A stretch of 64,000 nucleotides of DNA, taken from positions 10,726,001 to 10,790,000 of the forward strand of contig OZ024758.1 in NCBI GenBank assembly GCA_964016885.1. Reading direction: 5' to 3'. The stretch comes from Eledone cirrhosa (Eukaryota). Under the pieces are notes generated by a model. The model was given only the letters and a program-made list of their open reading frames with translations, had not been told where the DNA came from and searched no databases. The position numbers and the translations under genes were made by a program. Positions 57,635 to 64,000 of the stretch are shown here, one piece after another. Within the stretch, counting starts at the first letter, position 1. Each line of letters starts with the position of its first letter.

Positions 57635-57711
57635 TACGAGGTCTGTCGAAAATGTGTCCGACGTCATTACTTCTCACAGGAAAAATAAAGTCGGATACTT
57701 TTTCGAAAGAC
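57635..57711. mobile_element. Tiny Tc1/mariner-type MITE remnant
   Basis: TA-CGAGGTCTGTCGAAAATGTGTCCGAC and inverted GTCGGATACTTTTTCGAAAGAC; outer end of right TIR lost. Confidence 0.6.
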
Positions 57712-57773
57712 AGACACACACACACGCGCACGTACATGCACATGCACATTCACACGCACACACACACACACAC

Positions 57774-57857
57774 GTGGTGGACTGGCGAGGTTTCCCAATG
57801 GCAAGTGGACCCCCTTCATCTCCTGGCAATCAATATTTTTAGACCCAGTCCGCCACT
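57774..57857. mobile_element. Small MITE-like element with 12-bp TIRs
   Basis: GTGGTGGACTGG ... CCAGTCCGCCAC (1 mismatch), between microsatellites. Confidence 0.5.
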
Positions 57858-59471
57858 ATATATATATATATATATATAAAATGTTCAAATACAATAAATG
57901 AGTTGTAAGTCGAAAATAATATATCAAAGGAGGCCATAGTAAATATAGAATCGATATTTCCAATAATTACTGAAAGTGAAGAGGCTGATTAATCAGAATA
58001 AGTTACATGAAATTAGAGCGGATTCTGAATTTTTGTTTTCCTGAGTAAAGAAGAAAGATCACCAGCAATTGTCTTTAAGAATAGAAACAACGAAATGAAG
58101 TCGATTTGTTTATTTAATTAATTTCCTAAAGGAAGAATGGAGTACACACAAGAAAATTAATTTTAGAAATATGTGTGCTGCTTGATTGCAATGGCACTGA
58201 AATGCTGAAAATTCTCGTGAGTAAATTGTATGATCTTAGTTGTTTTATTGGTTACAATTTCAGTAGGAAAGGAATAAACACAATTTACTCTTATTCCATC
58301 TATTTGTTTTCCCTCAATTAACATTTTAGTAGAAATAGTGAGATTCTATAGAACAAACGTAGTAAATAAGAGAATGCATATAATTATAGTTAAAATTGCG
58401 TAGAACTAACGTTGTAAATAAAAGAATGAATTTGATTATAGTTAAAATCTAGTCAAATATAGTAGGCAATAAATTCTTCAATTCTGTCATATGTATTCTA
58501 TCATATTTCGGTATTAACACACTCGTTTCAAGAGAAAACATAAGTGGAATGTAATGAAGGGGCTTTTTAAAGATTGCATTTTGGTTTTTAGGTTAGAGCA
58601 ATTTTTTCTAGTTGTAAATAATCCATGGGTGCAAATCAAATAGGGGTCTTTACATGTGACTTGAACTGTTAAAAAGTAAGGAAATATTGGATAATGTAAT
58701 CTGAGATGATTATGGCTGAGTGGGGATTCTCATGACTAGAAGATCAATAATTATAGGTCCGCTCAGACAGCAGAGACCAGCAGGAAAAGAGTAACAAGAA
58801 AAACAACACAACAATTCTCCTTCTTCTACTCATATAATCTTTGCTTACCATTTTTTCATCAGAAAAGTCAAAGGAATGAAAGAGGAAATACATATCAATA
58901 TTGATTCAATAATTCATTTTGTTAGGAATTCTAAATCATGCAAGCGTTAAAAATAATGCATGAATATTTTCTTCCATAACTCTATATATATATTTGTTTC
59001 TCTCCACTAACCTCTAAGGCTTTGTGTTTTAGAGAAAGGGAAATAGAATATTTTAGCATTTCTACACAGACATCAAAGGGTTCCATGAATATATGTATAA
59101 CCATATATTTGATTCAATTTTCTATAAGTCTTCCCCTTAAATATCTTTAATTTATGTATATATTTATTTGCTTAGTCACAGGAGAAAGGATTTCCCAACA
59201 GATCAATGATAGACTGATAGGATAAATCATATGATGGTATAGAAGATAGCAGTGCATCAAATACTTCATCTCGTATATGGAGTACTCCCCTCATATTTAA
59301 AACAGCCTAAAAGCTTTCAACTAAGAGGTTAAATCGCACAAAGAATCACATCAGAAATGCAAGTTCTTACGTCTCTTCTAAAACCTATAAGGTTTTTAGA
59401 CGCGACTTAACCCTCCACACATATCATATATGTGTATACAATAAATACATATTATATAATATATTATTTGT

Positions 59472-59543
<72 letters not shown>

Positions 59544-62300
59544 CATATATATATATATATATTATACACTCTCATTTAAGTACTTCTATGAAAACGCCTT
59601 TTCGTAATTTCTGAAATCATTTCTGAAGTTCAATTAACGTTTCAGTTTCAATAAATAATATATATTATTTTATAAATTGATTCTAGCTAAGGAGACATAA
59701 GACACATTAATATTTCAATCTTGTATTTACCATAATATCATATATAATATTTTGTTGTCGTCGCGTCTACTTCAATCATTCGCTTGAAAACATGTTAGAA
59801 AGCTCGAGCATTTTCTTACTAAGTAGTCTTTAAAGATTCACTGTCCAATTAGTAACGTCATTTATTCTAAAGAAATATTACTAAACAAGAAAGTCTTCGA
59901 ATTTAATGTCTGAGATCATTTTGGTAATAATACAATACTAATGAGAAGATATTCTCTCAATATTTATATTTATAAATAGGTAGTGATCAAACAATATCAC
60001 TAGCTATATCTAACATTTTGGTGTAGGACCTATATCATAACCTTCTGAAGTATAGGTTTTCTATAATTTATATAATATTTGCTTTCACAATAATAGAGTA
60101 AAATGATACATCGGCACATTATTGGTAAAATATACACATTTAAACCTTACATAATCATTTATCTTGTCAGCATCGGAGTTGTGTGTAGAATGCCACATTT
60201 TGCTAAGCATGTTGTGGTTATAATGAAACTTTAACACAGTTTCTGTACCAGCCACGGGATACCTCATCTGCAATGGATGGTTTGGTTAACGTTGAGTTCT
60301 TTAATATATTGCATCATCGTTTGCCAACTCGAAGCTCCAGTTCTATCCATTGGTAAACAATAGAATCCGAAAACCTCTTGGTAAATAATATCAGAAAATA
60401 GAAATTACAACACGTTTCTAAATTGCTATAAATTGGTTTTCTTATATTAGTATTTGTATCTATTTCACATCATCGAATTTCATATCAAACTAGGAATGTG
60501 AATACAATATATGAGTATTGAGTATTGGAGCTAACCAATGCCACAATTTATATTAGGTACATTTGTTTTTATTTGATTCGTAAAAGAAATTGGTTCAAAA
60601 ATACTCCTGTTTACGGATTCCACATAACAGCAATCTTCTAAAAATAGTCTTATATGTTTTATGCTTTAGCATTCTTTGGCAAATACGGTTTTTATGTTCT
60701 TTTCATGTCGGTTTTATTATATTAGTTCTTGATTTTACATTGCTAAAATAAAATTTGATTTTGTGATACTTTTATTATGTGTTTTATTTTCATAGAATAT
60801 TGTGTAGTGTTATGAAAAGAAATGATATCAATTTTATACCAAGGGAACTAAAAGAATTATATCATTGTTTTTTGCTTTCAAAAAATTCCCACAGGATGAA
60901 CATTTCCCCGAATGATGCCCCCATTATAGAGTTCTGTCACAAAGAAAAAAATATTTGAATGAACACTTGGGAGAATATTATGCTCCTTCTTATTCCATTC
61001 AGTTAAAATTACCATTCCTATTTATTTTTTGTATTCAATTAAGACGAAATAGAATAAAAACATTATATTGTTGAAAAGCTAATGTGAAAGAAATAAAAAC
61101 GAAAGCTATTATCCAATGACTTGAATAGAAAATATAGCGGGAAATCTTTAGACATTAAAAAGAATGAATGTCAATGTAAAAATAATATAGGAATTTAAAC
61201 TTTTATGGAAATGTGCCCCAGGTCATGTCATTAATTAGTCAATAAATGCACACTGAAACCGTAGAAATATACTTTATATTGGGGTATTTATAGCAATTAT
61301 GTTGTGTTAATTATAGTAGAAACGTTAGAAAATATTTCAAAGACTTATTATAATCTGTTGACTATCAAAGGTTATTTAAACAATTCTCGCATTTGTCTAT
61401 GAAGGAAGACAGGCGGGAATTTCAAAACATTGATCAAATAATAATATTATATTCACAGAATATAAATGGAGCTAAATGAAACTTACTGGTATTCATACGT
61501 ATGTATATATGAAGTGGAAGCTGGCTGAAACGATGCAGCCGGCTGTGCGAGAAGAATTCTCTTTGGATATAGGCTGAGGCTTGATCAATCCCATCGGCAC
61601 CATCTGGATAATGATATATGCTGTAAGACTCGAAACACTTAGTGACTCAAGGATAGAACAGTGATAATGAGTTCAATTATTCATATCTGATTAAAAAGAA
61701 AAAGGGACCTACGGGGTCATTAGAATGCCAGTTGAACATAGGCCGTGATTTGATCAGTCTTGGTCGGGTCAACTGAATAAAACTGTATGTTGTAAACCCG
61801 ATACAGACGATGTGCCCAGAGCGCAACACTTACGATTATCAGTCCAAGTATTCCCTCCTTACATGTATGGATAACCAGACATGAAGGGTGGATTAGATGT
61901 TATCTAAAATATACAATATTCCATTGCAATATTTGATTTATGGGAAATTGAAAAAAGAATTCTAAAATTTTTTTAAATTTTTATTCTGGTTAGAAATTTA
62001 TATTAAGTTTTGTATGAGGTGCAGAAAGAGAAAACTGTTTCTTGAAAGAATACATATAAAATTTACACGAGAAAGTTACCGTTAACCAATCCTAGAAGCA
62101 TATTTACTTGAAGGCAATAAATTTAAATTGTCATCTAAGCAAGTAATAAATTCAAACACATTTTAATATTTACTTTGGAGTTTATTCCTGTCACAAAATC
62201 AGCGAATTCTCCACAATCAATACAAAATCTAATACTTCCTAACAACATTAATCTAAATGTTAGTATAGTTTATAATTTAGGGTTGAAAATCTCCTTCTAC

Positions 62301-62495
62301 TTATTCCTGAGAGGGTCGTCTGGGCAGAGTCCTCCAACACTCCTTCTAGTGAGTGCCGTCAGAAGCAACCGTTTCCAACTGATTCGACTGGATCTCCAAG
62401 CAAGACCAGCCAAGTTCATGGATGTTATCCAACCATGTTTCTCGGGGTTTGCCCCCAGTAGGTTACCTGCCGGTTGGTTTTGCCCGTAAAATCGC
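62301..62495 (-). mobile_element. RTE-clade LINE 3' fragment (same family as 26815-27064)
   Basis: ILRAKPTGR*PTGGKPRETWLDNIHELGWSCLEIQSNQLETVASDGTH*KECWRTLPRRPSQE*. Confidence 0.85.
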
Positions 62496-62769
62496 ACTGT
62501 CACTGCCTCCGCCTCTCCCGCTCTCCTCCCTATTGTGAGCAAATGGGGGGCCCAGGCTCTGGCCACCCCGCACCCTCGGTGGATGGTGACGAGATGCGCT
62601 GGATGAGTCATTCCAGCTTGCGAGGCTCACGCCTGTGGGTAGCTGATGCTGGTCAGTAGGGATCTGAAATATAGTTTAGAAGGAAAAGGGTTAATTCTAA
62701 CAATTAGTTATATATAAACAAATTTCATTTTTTTCATCACCCCAGGGGACAGAAAAATAGCAATTAGAT

Positions 62770-62806
62770 GTACCCCTGTTTCAACTCTGTGTGTCTTCAT
62801 CAGAGA
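62770..62806 (-). ncRNA. Decayed hammerhead-like motif
   Basis: Minus strand: TCT-CTGATGA-A-GAC-ACACAGA-GTT-GAAAC-AGGG-GTA; core present but stem I does not pair. Confidence 0.45.
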
Positions 62807-63278
62807 CCACGCATGCGCTTAATCTGGTCACAGACAGAGCTATTATTATATATGGTGATAACATCAAGAATTCAATTAATCAATGTGTCTAATTTGCATA
62901 ATAGTAGTTGCGGCGGCGGCTAGGAAGACACTTACTAATTAAATTATGATAATTATATACACTAAAAGTAAACAATACAAATATTTGAGATATCGATGTG
63001 ATATGTAATCTGATACACGTGAAAAAATGTAAGCTAATGTTGCCCTCATCGTGTGGACAGAGATAAAGCGCGCGCGTGTGTGTGTGTGTGTATGTATAAT
63101 TTGTGTGGATGTATATATATATATATGTGTGTGTTTGCATAGGAATCGATATGTATATGTATGGTATTAACTATAATGTATTCCAGACTTAAGCTCTGCA
63201 CATCTTTCGATTGCAGTTGAGGTTAATATTTTATCATAAGAACATTTAATAAGTACGTAAGCGTCCCGGTTTTAATAT

Positions 63279-63639
63279 TTAAATTAATATAATAATTGTT
63301 TCTACTTTAGGCACAAGGCCAGCAATTACCCAGTACATTACTGGTACTTTATTTTATCGACCCCGTAAGGATGAAAAGCAAAGTCAACCTCGACGGGATT
63401 TGAACTCAGACCACAAAGGGACCTAACTATGCTACTGCCAATTCACCGCCCTTAAATTAATATAATTGTTTCTACTATTGGCACAAGGCCAGAAATTACC
63501 CAGTACATTACTGGTACTTTATTTTATCGACCCCGTAAGGATGAAAAGCAAAGTCAACCTCGACGGGATTTGAACTCAGACCACAAAGGGACCTAACTAT
63601 GCTACTGCCAATTCACCGCCCTTAAATTAATATAATAAT
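63279..63639 (-). mobile_element. Tandem pair of S1 SINEs arranged TSD-SINE-TSD-SINE-TSD
   Basis: 170-bp period; ttaaattaatataat at 63279, 63452, 63622; both copies share the same head deletion. Confidence 0.92.
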
Positions 63640-63779
63640 AACTATTTTACTATCATCGTGTGTTGCTCACTCTAAGAAATTACGTACGATGGAGCTTTAC
63701 TGGAGATTTTGTGGGACGGTTTTTGAAATTAGAACATGAAGAGTCGGAATATATTGTATGACATGAAGATCGATGGAAC

Positions 63780-63935
63780 AAGCCATCGCCCGGAAGTGGA
63801 CTTATTGACCCTAAAACTGAGGAAATGAAATGTTAAGTTGACTCTGCAGATTTAAAACTCTGAGCACAGAGGGCCGAAACAAATACTGCAAGGTATTTAA
63901 TTAGACGCTAAAATTATCAATTCAATTTGCCGGAA
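63780..63935 (-). mobile_element. Highly diverged S1-related SINE
   Basis: ttattgaccc...aaatgaaatgttaagttgactctgcagatttaaaactc pattern. Confidence 0.5.
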
Positions 63936-64000
63936 TTTGGTAGAATAGATCCTTCATCAAGTAAAAACCACTACATGAACTCTAGGTCTACGGCGTGAGG

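Noticed and set aside
60895-60958. Possible terminal exon MNISPNDAPIIEFCHKEKNI* after ttcccacag
   Set aside because: Too short to distinguish from chance without transcripts.
62297-62611. 104-aa minus-strand ORF
   Set aside because: Off-frame reading of an RTE fragment; the homologous frame contains stops.

Overview
AT-rich eukaryotic non-coding DNA packed with (TA)n, (CA)n and (GA)n microsatellites. The SINE sequences and repeat landscape resemble an octopod cephalopod genome (inference, from recognition only). Almost every ORF in the supplied track is a microsatellite artefact, and no complete host gene is visible; two weak exon candidates are noted. The main hidden structure is a dense set of Penelope-like retroelement (PLE) remnants, nearly all embedded in (TA)n runs. 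It comprises (i) about 16 type-I hammerhead ribozyme motifs from several families, including a C3-G8 to U3-A8 core variant with stem covariation, (ii) three families of asymmetric fold-back inserts (inverted repeat plus unpaired tail), one of which starts at the predicted ribozyme cleavage site, and (iii) an open 136-codon GIY-YIG endonuclease C-terminus at 55117-55527 that the ORF track missed because it has no start codon, followed by a 3' UTR and a hammerhead. Also present: a tRNA-derived SINE family (about 9 copies), a tRNA-Glu-headed SINE, RTE and Tx1-like LINE 3' fragments, a solo LTR, two tiny MITEs and many local templated duplications. All folds and alignments were done by eye; repeat boundaries are approximate to a few nt.
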